Source of the DNA: Balanoglossus misakiensis
Taxonomy: Eukaryota > Animalia > Hemichordata
DNA length: 64,000 bases
Direction of reading: 5' to 3'
Assembly (NCBI GenBank): GCA_040954595.2
Contig: CM082581.2
Coordinates: 8,603,413-8,667,412 of the forward strand
This document shows positions 11,876 to 25,394 of the stretch, in pieces. Position 1 is the stretch's first letter. Every line of letters begins with the position of its first letter. Both the position numbers and the translations under genes were made by a program. The notes under the pieces are model-generated. The model searched no databases. It was not told the origin of the DNA and saw only the letters and a list, made by a program, of their open reading frames with translations.

Positions 11876-14800
11876 ATAAAGAAACCTGATAAAAAGTCCA
11901 AGATTTTAATTTCAGAGAGGGGCATATGGTTTTACCGTGCAGACGTTGCCCCAGCTGCTGTTCCAAGAAACACTGAGACTGGCCCATCACTTATATACAT
12001 GTAACAGGGGAAACTCTCGTTTGAATATAGCACTATGAATATAGTGACCCCTCATGGCACGTGACGACATAGGGGGATACACCGATTGATAAGATCTAAC
12101 ACACACGTGTAATATCCTAGCTCCCGTTAGTAATAAGTATTAGTGGTATATGATTTTTGTTTCTACAGAAAGTTTATCACGCTCATCTTCAGAATGAACC
12201 ATATTCTGTAAAGCAAGAAATTCAATATATCCTTTGACCTTATACTCAGTGTACCAATTATTGAACTTTTGACTTTGGTGTCGTACATGGGGTATGTACG
12301 CTGACCGCGATTCGGGTCAAAGTTCAACAAAACGAAAACTTGAAAATTTGCAATGATATTCTGATGGAATACCGGTGCACAAATTTCTATTTTGATGCGA
12401 CCGGTATATTGGAAGCGCGTTTGATATTTGTATCACCCGTGTCATGTATTTGCCAAAATCTGCCCCCCCCCCGTAAAAAAGTTGCCAAGGTACATGAGAG
12501 TAAACCGTTTCCCAGCTTAGCAATCATTTTTAGACGAGTTTACTACGGATAGCCGAGTTTCTTTCTACCCCTAAGTGGTTGCAGACGGCTGATTTTAAAC
12601 AAACACACATACATACATACATGTACATGCATACATACATTTACATGAATACATGAATACGTATATATACATTATAAATGTTTTTAATATTTGCTAATTT
12701 TGATTCTTGAAAATCCTCACCACGTCTTACTGCCAGCGACTCCTGAAAGCGAGAAACGGAACAACAATCAAGAATGGTCCAAAGTTCGAATGAAATGAAA
12801 CTAAACATATTATTGTAATATATTATTTACCCTGTATGTGTGGGTTACATACGTTCTATGCTACTGTCAATGGCAAAGTAAAACAGAAGTTACCATATTC
12901 AGATGTAAATAGGTTGGAATTTTCAATGAAATATTCTGATCTCTGTTGGCAAATACGCCGTCAACTCTGGTATGTTACTCCAGAAATTATTCAAATCTGA
13001 CCACTGTATTACTCACAAGCTTTTCCTCGATTTTAAACATGAAACATCCCACGCGCTTGATCACATGTTTATCAGTCAAAAATATTGACTGTTTCGATAT
13101 CGATTGTCCATTTGGCTACTTGTCTTTGCTGGCCATGATTGTGTGCGTTGGCGCGGTGGTAGATACAGATCGCGGTATGTGGTATGCTGACGTCTATAAA
13201 GCTATACGCCATTTAGGTCTATTTGCCATTTATAAGACTTATACGTATAAACCGTACTAACACTATAAAGGCCTACATGCCATTTCAGGTTGGTTCATTA
13301 TCAAACTAACTTTGATGTTAATGTCCAGTATATTAAACATGGTAGATCATATCATCAATTTTAAGTGTAAACGTAATAATATCTTTTTAGGTATTCAGTT
13401 AGGCTTGCGTATGTTTTCGTAAATGCAAAACCACCTGTTGGATTTCTGAACCTGGTGCTCCCCCCCCCGATAAGTAAACTTACATTGCCGTAGAAATACC
13501 TGCAAAATTAAATCAAAATCATTTTTATTCACAAGTTACTCGACGGAGGTAACTCGAATGACGGAAATTCTCGGGTGATACTTTGTAAAAAATTTGTATC
13601 ATGGACCGGGATCATCGCAAATCTTCCAATAGTTGACGGAAATTAAAATGATTATTTTTTTTGTCGGAATGACTCACTGTAAAAAAAGCCTTGAAATCAA
13701 TTAGAGTTTCATTTTCAAATTGGACAGAAAAGTCTACTGAATTTTCGCATTTCTGAATGACCACATGCTCCAGAATGGCTCCCAGAATTCAATGAGTCAT
13801 ACCTCTGCGGCACTCCAAAACTTGGACTTTGTCATTTGTAACAACTTGTATCCAAGAGATGCCAGCACAACAGGCGGAAAAAATTAAGTAGAATTTTTTA
13901 TTGTCGACTCGACATTAAAGAACTAAGAAAGCCGAAATCACTTCACTTGCAATGGGTATTCTTATTTGGATGAACATCATTTGGGAAGCACACGGCAAGA
14001 CTGGAAAGCCCAAACTATCTCAAAAATGAAAGCTGCACCAAGCGTATATATGATCCAGCGTGAACCGCCCAGTACTGCATACTATTGTACTGTGGACATT
14101 TGCCGGGCTCCGAAAACCCCCGCCATTGTTCTGCTTTACAATCGAGCGACGTCATTTGAATTATGACCCCCAGAGTTGTTTACAAATACATGTCACTGTG
14201 ATCTACGGCACAGACGCAGTTCGTTACACGTCTTCAGCCATACACGGGAGAAATGAAAGTTGTTTGGGAAAATCACAGCAAAGTGAGCCACAACAAAACG
14301 AAAGAAAGTGCATAGTGTGCTCTCTAAAATGGAATTCCAAAATCTCGTGGAAACTACTATTTTGAATCTTACCCAAATAAAACACAGAATACATGTGCGC
14401 GAGGCAAGATACCACTCCCAATGATGAACGACGTCGCGTTTACAAGTCAACTTGGTTATTTTTTATGTCTATCCCAATAATTACATTCGAAAGATCATTT
14501 GATCAGAAATTCTCAGTGCGTGGCTCGGTATTTCAGTTTTTCCCTCATATTTTGACAGTTGATTGAACTGTAGTTGACTGATCAGAAACTCAATCGCAAT
14601 GAGGTCTTCTTTCTGATATTAGTCTTCGATTGTACCGAGGAAATGTACAACTCGCTTACTATCTATATTGGCAGTGTTCGTCAAGATTTTCTATCTACAA
14701 ATATTGAGGTTCAGATAACATCGTGATAATCCACTAAAATGTATATTTTTATTCAAAAATACTATGGTCCACTAAAACTACAATTCACAAAATATATAAT

Positions 14801-15589
14801 ATATATAGTATTATTGTACTTATTGAAAACGACGCAACAAATTACTTTGCTCCATAATACTGCAATACAAATATGACCAATATGGTCTCTTTAAACATCT
14901 TGTCTGATAAAATGAAAGACACCGCACAAAAGGCGGTACTCGGTATCAAAATAAGTTTTAAAAAAATACACACAATAACACATATTCAATATAATGATAA
15001 ATAGTACTTAACTTATAAAGTAAAAATAATACTTTACAATATAACATGGTTCGAAAAATGCTAAGGCTCTCAATTTCCAGCTACTTCTCGAAGAAGACAT
15101 GTTCTTCAAATATCGCATATCTTGTGTCCAAATATCAGATACGTCTTGGTGACATACAAAGTTTTCTTTATCAAAGAAATACATGTACCATGTACATAAA
15201 ATTTCATTTCACACGTGAAATATTAACTATGAAAGGATACATTATAACAGTATACATATTGCCAAGTATGTACTCCTTGAATTATTCGTTTAAGTCAGAA
15301 ATACCCAATGAATAAATTATTTATATTAAAATATAGCTGTTTTGTTTTTAAGAATGAGATACGCTGACCACATCGACGAGTCAAGAATACAAAATATACG
15401 ATGTTTGAAATTTAACAAAATAAATAACAAACCATGTTGTCATGGCATTCCGTTCAAATCTCATAGAGACGATAGATGAAAAAAGTGTTCTTGTCACGTG
15501 TACTTTCATACAAAAAGGGCGTTTGACTTGAAAACAATAAAAATAGATTTATGAAATAATGGAAATCGTGTTTTCCCTATACATTAGCT

Positions 15590-15842
15590 TCACATCAACC
15601 GGACTAATTTGGAGGTCAGTCGCCTGACGTTATACTGGTATGAACGAAAGATTTCCAGCACAACCAGCAGACTGTTCCTGGATTTGGCAATTTTGGGAAT
15701 TTTCCATTTGAGCTTCCTGGCCCGCTTCCCACTCTCTTCGTACAGCTGCGGGGATATAAAGGTATGAAACAGCTGATTAAAACGATTGTAAGACAACAGG
15801 CACTAGCTGGCATGTCGAATTATTTCTGTTCAAATCCCCCCT

Positions 15843-15882
<40 letters not shown>

Positions 15883-18183
15883 TCTCGTTGTACTTGAGAA
15901 CACCAAGCCAGGATAAGCAAGGTGCAATGTAATGCGGGAGTCTCAAACATGAGACCCAAAGCCACGTGATTCAACTTACGAAAGATTCGAAGCCATCCAG
16001 AACTGCTTGTAACGCGTAAAGCGTCGTTCTCAGCTGTAACTTAACGCGCCCTCTTTGTTTCTTAACATGTTTCTTGAGGAGTTTTTGGAAAGCCTGCAGA
16101 TCAGCAACGATGTCCACCACAAGTTCAACCATACTCGTATCAAGCATCTAGACGATGAATGGAGAACAAGACACGAGTAATTATCACACGCATATTTAAT
16201 GGTCAAGTCTGATAAACTATGTATGGATTAATTTATGAATGGACGACACGAGGGCCTGACCCCGAGAGGAGTTCAACGTCTGAACGATTGCACCCCATTG
16301 TCTCGTAAAACATACATGTATCCGGCTTACAACACATATACATGTAGCATTCAGCCAACACCTGTGATCTTTCTATGCTAAACAACTTCTAGATCACATC
16401 AACCAATCACAAGCTTCACGAAATGCACCTGATGAGTGACACATTTCGATTGGATAGTTGTCGGCCAGCTCATTTGTCATGAGGTGCCACGTTTTCACCA
16501 TTTGAAACTCAACGTTTGAAGTACAAACATCGTGGCTGAAAGTAGGGACAACAGCGACCTATATATCCATTACCCTGAGCAATTTCCGACAACCAAGTGA
16601 AAGTGAAGGTCGTGATTGTGACGATATGGACTGGACTTTGGAAATTTTTGTAGCCTCATTTACGTCAATGTACATGAATCAGCGGCCACGGAAAGTGACT
16701 TGACGCTACCATGCATTGCGCACAACGTTCACTGTAAGTACATGTATCAGTTTTCAGTCGTTTCTTTTTCTAAACATGTAAAATGAAAGTTATTCTTATA
16801 GCTATAGTACGTCAGCACTTCAAACAAAGTTCTGTTTCGTCGAAAAAAATGAAACTTTCAGGCGAAACGGTGTGCGAGGTAAAAATGAAACATGAAACCC
16901 CAACCAAAGGTCGAGCCCAGCGCAGAGATTACAGACAAAGATGGCCGAAGCAAGTCTGTGAATCTTGAAGCAGTTCTTTCAGGAGGAGGCAAAATATCTT
17001 TCAAAATGAACAGGATACTAGCCTAAGGTTCACTGGTGCAGTGCAATTTCTGAATATTGCACTGCACTATAAACACCGGTGTAATATTTCAGCTGACAAA
17101 ATGCAGTTGCACGTGCGTATAATGTTCAAAAAGGACAACGAATATGGCCGGGTGTATTGTCGTAAACAAAAATAGTCTCCTCCCGCACCCGTTAGACCGA
17201 AGATGTCTTACCTCATTTTCATAATTTGTGAGCACATTATCGATTACGACATGCGATAGTTCATATATCCCTATAGCTTTCCTTATCGCCTGAAAGCAAA
17301 TAAAAGAAAAAAATGTCAAATTATTTTTATGTTAAATAAAAATCTGCCAATTATTACTCTTAAATCAAAACATTGAAATAACATGACCGTTCTCTTAGTT
17401 TATCGTTAGGTTACAGTAACTCGCGACCTATCGCATGTGATCCGTGTCCTTGTAGTACGATTTTAACCAGTTATTCTGATTTTAAAAAATATGTAAAAGC
17501 TGTGAGCACGTGATGTTTTCAAGGAGACTGTTTCTCAGTAAGATTAGTGGGCAATTACCTGTTCTTTCTTCTGTTTATGTAGCAGTTGTTTATTTGAGGT
17601 TGTCAGTCTCACTGCTTCTGCCGTTTCTTCCGCCAAACGATTTACCTTTGATAATAGTGGGTGCGCGTGTACACAGGTCGCCGCGACCACCATCCACACG
17701 AAGGCAAAAACACGCGACTTTTCACAGCCTAGTCAGGAAAAGAGAGTTGGTTGGTTGATTGATTTGTTGGTTGATTGATTGATTGATTGATTGATTGATT
17801 TATTTATTGATTGATCATTGGATTGATGTATGGAAGGATGGATGGTTGGATGGATGGATGGATGGATGGATGGATGGATCATTCGTTCGTTCGTTCGTTC
17901 GTTCGTTCGTTCGTTCGTTCGTTCATTCGTTCGTTCATTCATTCATTCATTCATTCATTCATTCATTCATTCATTCATTCATTCATTCATTCATTCATTC
18001 ATTCATTCATTCATTCATTCATTCATTCATTCATTCATTCAATGGATAATGACACGGTTAGCACACCAAACCACACCACACCACACACACATGTTTTCCA
18101 TCACCGAAAAAAATGCTCAATACAAATCAAACCCATGGTTTACAAATTATCTATTCAGGTAAGATTCGAAAAGACCTACCCAT
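15590..18183 (-). CDS. ck3: secreted putative four-helix cytokine-like protein (~191 aa)
   Basis: Exons 18183-18180 (ATGG|gtaggt), 17728-17559, 17289-17212, 16147-15980, 15745-15590; phases 1,0,0,0. [23 protein letters not shown]|[14 protein letters not shown]...[18 protein letters not shown]...[27 protein letters not shown]. Clear paralog of ck5. Confidence 0.82.
15851..15879. repeat. (CT)n microsatellite in ck3 intron 4
   Basis: Visible CT dinucleotide run. Confidence 0.9.
17746..18041. repeat. Compound microsatellite (GATT)n-(GGAT)n-(TTCG)n-(TTCA)n in ck3 intron 1
   Basis: Directly visible; explains the FIHS/FVRS ORFs. Confidence 0.95.
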
Positions 18184-18314
18184 AAAACGGCTTGTCATTA
18201 CTTCTCAATTTCTACAAATGGCTCCGCCGGGATAAACAAGTATACGCGCGGTGGTAGCTGATGTTGCAAGACAGTAGGCAAAATAAAATACCAGATCCAC
18301 ATACAGAGCCATGC

Positions 18315-18379
18315 TATTTAAACCTGTATAGTTCCGTGAAATTCCCCGACCCGACCAACCCGACCCAAAGGGATTTCAC
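18315..18379 (-). promoter_or_regulatory. ck3 proximal promoter with GAS-like and kB-like sites
   Basis: TTCCGTGAA 18332-18340 overlapping GGGGAATTTCAC (minus, 18336-18347); GGGATTTCAC 18370-18379; TATA-like TTTAAATA 18315-18322. Confidence 0.45.
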
Positions 18380-21300
18380 CTCGACGGGTCATCGGGAAGT
18401 TGGCGGTTAAAACTGTTTGCGAGTTTTTTTCGTGAGACGTTTCAAATCAACAATAGACAAACCGATACTTTTTAAAACGAAAGTCGACATTACCACCAGT
18501 ATTGAAAAGGACATTGTATAAGAAATATAAACAACTTCGGTTTTATGAAGTTGTTGTTATCATTAATGTAATCTTTTAACATAAGCGAAGAAGAATTTTC
18601 AATAACTGTTCATTGAATTGATTTCATGAACCCATTGTTTATCATGGTCGAAACTACACACTATTATTTTTGAAATATTATAATTTTCAATAACGGCAAA
18701 GTTGCAAAGTGTTCTTTCTTTGTTTATGCTCATTAGATTTTTTACTTTCGAGTCACTTTACTTGTTCTTTTCCAGATCAGTCAAAAGCTACGGATTTGCT
18801 TCAAGAGTCAAAAACCGGATTTTCAGGAGGAAAAAAATTCCAAGAGAAGTTTCGCTTTTTGTTTCTACCTGTTATTGGGACCACAGATGAGCCACCCCTA
18901 ACACCTGTATGGAGCTTGCGTCACCCATGAACACCCGGAAGTCGTTGAGATCTACGGATTTCTCGGATTACTCATAAACATTTCTGTGGGGCACGTCACA
19001 TTCAACACAGGTAAGAAAATAAAACAGGTCATGATTGTAGTATGAGCTATCACATCAAATTCCACCATGTATTCTTTTATGGATATGTGTTGTTTACATC
19101 TTAGTACTAGTCCAAATTATGAAAAAAAAATCTCGCCAGCGCTTGTATGGTATAACTCAAACATTTAATACCGACCGTTGGCATCAATAACGAAAGGACA
19201 AAGGTCAACGGATTGTGCCCCCACCCTCCATGATATAAAATATACCTGTCTTGCCTATATATGACGGCGAAACTCAGTGAGCATGAAACATCTCGGATGC
19301 ACAAATTACAAAAAATGAAAGTAGTGTGAACTCCTTGAAAATGTCGGATTTTATCGTCTTTCAATATAACTCAAGAAAGTGTCAAGTCAGTGGTTTGTCT
19401 TTGGAGACTCTCCTTCGGAAAAACTAGAAGGAAACAAAAAGCTCGAGAAAGTTCATCTCACGGTCAATCGGAGACCAATATTTTAATATTGACGCATGCA
19501 GTAAAAATATTCTTCTGTCAACTGCAGTTCAAATCAATTTTGAATTCATGATGTTATTAGAGCGGTTACTCCCCGACATACAAAATGTGTTTATATGCCA
19601 CTTCATGTCGGACATTGACCCCTGAAGCTATCGCGTCAGTCAAGGTATTCCACTGGCTATTTTTAGATTATTGTTTTGTGGTAAAGGCCCCGGATGCGCT
19701 TCAGGTAACCTACATTCTGTGGATCAACAACATGAACAAATTGCATTTTCGCCTGGTTCGAATTCTGTAGTGCCCATCCACCCCACACTTCCCCCTACCC
19801 TCAAGTCAATGCTTCATAGCTATGTCGCTACCATGTTTCCTCAGGCTCTTTCATAACAAACAACACTGGTCCAAAACAAAAGAGTTATATCAAAACTGTG
19901 TTGTTGAAATTCTGCAAAGTCAGCTCAGACTCCGGCCCGGTCCACACTCATGCGGAAACCCCGCCAATGTTTTCGGTTGCCCCGACGGACAATTGAGGTC
20001 AAAACTACCTTTGACCCGGACATAGTCAAAACTGGTGTTAAAGTGAAAGTAAACATTTTGGAAACCGTTGGATCACGCGAGTTACTAAAACGAATTTATA
20101 TCTGTACATCTTTTGTTTACAAAATTAACCTTCGAGATATAACTATGACAGTAATAACCAATGGAGTTCTATGATCGTAAAAAGTCCACATTGCACATAT
20201 TGGTATCAATGTGGGAAAAACGAGGTGGCATGGTGTGCGTTTTATCTAAACCACCATTTTTTCTACATTTACTTGGACTATGATTTTGCTTAAAACTTAG
20301 CTTTAAATGTTGAAGGATGGTTGTCGCTGGCAGCTTGCCAGTTGAAGACGGCGATGGTACAGGCGATATTAACGTCCAACTGCAGACTTTTAATAGCGCC
20401 CTCAACAATTAGGGTGAAAACTCTTTCAAACAACAACGAATTCTGCGAATAAAAGATTCCTTGAAGCATAGACATTAATTAATAGAGGGCGTGATATTGT
20501 TTACGAATTTGCCAGTCAAAAACGGAATCGGCCAGATAGACTTGGTCTCAGTTCAAGTCGGTGGTTTGGTCCTGTATACTATTCTTTTTTAGAATTGATC
20601 CGATTGGTGGCGCATGTTTCTCCATTCCGCCGACGGTGTTTCTATGCAGTTCGACAAATGGTTCACATTTATTAGCTTTTTATTAGGTTAAATCTGATGG
20701 ATTCATGCCAAATATAAACATGCTTAGCAGGACGTGATGTCATGTGGGGTTCATTGGAAATGGTCTAGATGTTCCAGGTCCGTGACTACTGTAACCCCGG
20801 ATGTCCCGCGCGAACAGAAGACCGCCCTCGTATCGATTGCCGTTCAGGACACGAAGGAACTATAAAACACGACCCGGCGCAAATGCTGACTTACAGGGCG
20901 GAGCCACTTCAACAGAAGTGCGTGATCGTGTATACGTCCATGTACGTACATGTATGATATGCTCGTGAGAAGGGAGAATCGGTCTGTTTGCAAACTTTCA
21001 CCCCGCAGTGGCTTCCTGGGTACGGGTGACCCGCCCTAGTTGACCGCCCCTTCCCATTGCCCGGATCACTTCTTCGTAAATGTCGTGTAGGGCGTCGACA
21101 CCGTTGAACCAAAATCCTGCACACGTGACGTCATTGACATCGATCGAAGCAAACAGGCATGGTGACCCGGTCCCAGTCGTGCAGTATTGAGAAGTTTGTA
21201 CCAAGATATGCATAGTCACCAGAGATTGTCTGTAATTTGATAGATTGCGTGAAATGGAAGTTTTGTTCTGAAAAAAAACTCTCTGGATGGGTAATTCAAG

Positions 21301-21758
21301 GGGTACGCGAAAGCTACAACAAGTGTCAACAAGCTACTGTGTATGAGAGGGATACTTGAAAATATACTGCCGTGATCTGTAGTGTGCTTAGACAGAACAA
21401 TTGAAAAGTGACCCGGGAAGGAAATAACTAATCGTCTAATTAAAGCAGAAATGTGGCGAGTTTGTAGGAATAAGTTGTGGTTTCGCGAAGATTCATTAAC
21501 ACCTTGCCGCTCATCATCACGCTAAATGACGTCGACTGCCACCCTCATAGAATTTATTTGACAATAGCGATAATCAGCGGTCCGAACGGATGTACGTGGA
21601 CATGACCAAAGAGGCATAATTACCCCTTTGCTATATTTAGAGTTCCGAGCATAATTCAGACTAACTTTGGAGTTTGTGCACGTGGGAGTAGCAAATTATC
21701 AGGAATGGTCTTTATTTAGAACAGCCCCCGGTTCGAAAATCTTTATGGTGGGCACGCA

Positions 21759-21765
21759 TATAAAA
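21759..21765 (+). promoter_or_regulatory. TATA box of ck4 (TATAAAA)
   Basis: ~85 bp upstream of ATG 21847. Confidence 0.6.
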
Positions 21766-21846
21766 AGCTGTACACTTGCACCAGTTTTGTCGTAATTCGC
21801 ATAGATCATAACCCGGACAACTTTCTCACTTTGTTTGCCGTACGGA

Positions 21847-24800
21847 ATGAAAAAGGGGGAGTGTAAGTTATTTTAAGTTGTTGATTTTATCGTCCCGATT
21901 TCACTACAGACCAAATGGCATTATTCCTAGTAGTACTGTGTGCTTGCAGTCCACTGTAATCCCTTGCAGTGGTTGGCCATTTACGGCGGTCGTTGCCCTT
22001 TCTATATATCGCCATTCACTTGCTAGGGTAGAAGGTGTGCTGTTGTTGGCCTTACTGCGATACGTCATCAAATAATAATGCGTTTATCGCCAATCAGGCT
22101 ATTTACTCAACAGATACTGTCTTTGTCGAATGTGTATATTCTTAGGACTTTCCCTATGTGCTATATCGTCGAGTACACTTTTGACTGTACAAATGCTAAT
22201 TAAAGTTGTGTTGTGGTCATGATGAGAACTACGTACCAGGAACGCCATCATGGAGCACTGGGGATCGAGACAAGACACTTACTCTAGGGACCTTAGCGGA
22301 GAAACTGTAGTCGATACGCCCAACGGAAACGTTTCAGAATTAACTAAAGCAACAACCTAATGTCCCGGAGGTTTTCAATCCCGATTTAACGCGTAGGTGT
22401 AACCCGTACGGTTAACCCGCAGTAGTGCCAGATACTGCCTTCACGGGTCATTTCGATTTTAATTTCCGATGACACTTACGAGCTCTCCGGCTAATGCGTG
22501 CCGTATAGAGGGGATTGGCACATTCATTAACCGAGCATTAAAAGTGAAAATTGCCTATGCAAATGAGCCCCGAGGAATGTAGAATAATTCTATTCTGTAA
22601 TCATAATCCTCCAGAGACAATTCGGCATTACCATATATTTTCGTTGTCGCTTGTCGCCGTTTCTTCTGAAGCAACTTTCCTCGCTGGTGGTTGCTGCTTG
22701 CGCCGTTTTTTGTTCAATATTCCGGACATCGTGGACGGAGCGTTCTCTTTCTTGGAGTTTTCTGACTTGCAGCGATGCATTGTGGGTGACATTCATTGCA
22801 TAGTGGTATTTTTCCGCCGGCCGTTGACCATGCGCCCATCTGCAAAAGGCCCTTGACTTTCACAGACCTCGTATAGCGCTGTACAATCTCACTTTACTTC
22901 ATACTTCAACAACAATATTTTGCTCTTTTCCCCCTTCAGGTACTAGTAATTTGCAATTTTATTGCGCGCTGGTTGCCTTGTTCCATGGCGGACTGGGAGT
23001 TCTGTCGGTGCCGATATCCATCTCGAGAGCCGCCGGGCCAGAAACCGCCAAGCTGCCGGACCTCTTCATCCTGAACAAGAAACTCAACGTGTTGCACCGG
23101 ACGACGACCAGTGTGATGTTCGCAGTGGAGGAGCAGATGATAAACGGGATTGGAATGAAGCAAATCCAGGTCGGTAGATCTCCTTCATCTCGCCACGTGA
23201 ACTTGACACATTTGATATCGGGCAAGTGCGGAGAGCGGAATGGTGAATGAAGATAGATTTTGAAATGTGCCTTGTTCTTAGCACTGCAGATAGTTATCCA
23301 TAGACCATTTAATGTAAGAATGATTGTTTTCCTGACCAAGATATACTTTCTCTCATTTCCCTCCTCTTAGCCGTGTTGGATTAACGATGAAATGATTGCC
23401 AAGGAGATTTCACATTTGGAGATAATGCTGGTCATGAACTCTATCGATATTCAGGTATGTCACGGTGCAGATAAAATTTAAAGCGATAAAACTGTGGGTA
23501 TTTAACATCGCTCATCATTTCTGTTCATTCATTAATTGAATTGTCATACTTCAAGTGGCCTATAGTACACAGGTGGCTGACAGACAACCTTGTAAGATCT
23601 AGAGTGGGTCCCAACTGACACAGATCATATAAAATTATTACCAGACAGTGCAACTATATCAGACGGTATAGACTGGGCGCCTGTACAGGTACATATGTCA
23701 AGTGGACGGTCGGGGGGTCGGAGCACTTGTTGAGCGGCTAAGATGAAAATGCACAGAGTGGCGAGACACCACTATTTTTTTTAATTATTCCATGGACTGA
23801 ATCGGAAGATGTAATTAATACTAAATTATTCAGCATATGTTGATTTTAGTTCAAGCATCGAATAGGCTACCAATACATCAATTACATGTACATTGACCAT
23901 GACCGCGCCTATAAATGGGTATTTCTTGCACAAAGATAGCCTGGACGGTATATCGATCGTCAGCCAATCCTCTCTGTCCACATTTTAAGTTTCATCTCCC
24001 CGAAAATCCGGCCATACATTTCCATTTGCGGCTTAGATATCACCAGTGTGCGTTGAGAATGTACACTCAGTTTTGCTAACCTTATAACAGGGTAAATCGT
24101 TTGCAACGCTGGGTGAAATATCCCCCAACCCTTTATGGCCGTGCTGACAGGTTCCTGATAACAAACAGACACGAGATTCCTCTCCTGATTATGATGCCCT
24201 ATATATTCGCCACGGTAATGATTTGACACATTCTTGTCTGGGAAAATGACAAGTTCATTAACATACTAAATAACGTGACAGTTATTGTGCCGCCGTCCGT
24301 GGTGCTAAAATATTACATTCTTCATTTCATCTGAAAATAATTATCAGTTGCTCGTAGCAGCGACAAAGCAATTTCACTGCTCGCCCGGATGCTCTACTTA
24401 GGCACTGCGAAAATTCTAATTTACCGGCGGAATATACATTTTATTTCACCTTATTGGGTAAATTCATTTGTTAAGCGATCAGACAGCTGTCCTGACGGGA
24501 ACTGTCAAGGATGTCCTGTCTCAAGAGTTTCCAACATGTTTTTTGAAAGACTGAAAAACAGCAGAGGGAATATATTGACACACAAAGGTTGACGGCGACA
24601 AGACGCGATATTAGAATTAATTGCTTTCATCAAAGGCTCTTTGCACTGCAATATTTCAAGTGTCGCATCATCATAGGACATTCACGCCATATAAATCTAG
24701 CCTCACTTTTAATTGGCTTCTATGTTCCGTGATGTTTCAGGTGATCGCATGCGACACGTTGGTATAGACTAGGAACTTTGCGTGCGTTTAGAAAGCAATA

Positions 24801-25394
24801 TTATCGTTCTCATGACCAATATCTGGAACGCGCAAGCAGAACTTCTGATTATAATACAACTTTATTTTTTTATATTAGGAATTTTGGGATTTACTTTTAC
24901 GGATTGAAGATGACCTTTTGACCTTCAGAGTTATATTTGTGGATTTAAGGAACATCTTACGGGCATCCGGTACCTACTACGATTTGAGCCTGGAACTTGA
25001 CCTTCTCAATTTTTCGTTGAACCTCGTAATAACCGAAATACAATTCACGGTACGTATTATTGGTAGTATTCAAATTATGCATTGCTCTTCCAATTGAACA
25101 ACGGACACAGAGAAATACTTTGATATATTATCATTCAGTCAGTTTCATCACGACAGCTCTTTTAGGACATTCATTAAAAACTTATCTTTGAAGCAAAAGT
25201 AATTATCCCTTCTTTTCTGAAATTAGCTGCACATGCATGGCGTCTGGGAAGACAAGCCAGGGGTTTACCCCGAGAAACAGTTTCTGGTGCAGGAAGACGA
25301 CTGCCATCTTTATCCGTCTCAGCTTTACGACGTGCTGACCCGGTTTCGATCCTACCAACACAACGTGAGAAACCTTTCGAAGAATCTTTCGTAG
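21847..25394 (+). CDS. ck4: secreted putative four-helix cytokine-like protein (~222 aa)
   Basis: Exons 21847-21862 (MKKGE T|gtaagt), 22940-23169, 23371-23454, 24879-25049, 25227-25394; phases 1,0,0,0. Signal-like CALVALFHGGLGVLS; helix B LLLRIEDDLLTFRVIF; helix D LYDVLTRFRSYQHNVRNLSKNLS* matches ck3 [15 protein letters not shown]. Mostly missed by the ORF track. Confidence 0.8.

Noticed and set aside
13100-13180. Hydrophobic stretch ending in a donor-like G|gtatgt; possible sixth cytokine exon
   Set aside because: No matching acceptor, downstream exons or family motifs found between 12 and 15.5 kb.
17036-17067. 12-bp inverted repeat GTGCAGTGCAAT/ATTGCACTGCAC in ck3 intron 3
   Set aside because: Isolated short palindrome with no supporting context.
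17733-18185. ORFs with FIHS/FVRS/MDGW repeats
   Set aside because: Translations of the microsatellite in ck3 intron 1.
20169-21230. Minus-strand short ORFs preceded by acceptor-like sites between ck3 and ck4
   Set aside because: Could not be joined into a coherent gene; no similarity to the ck family.
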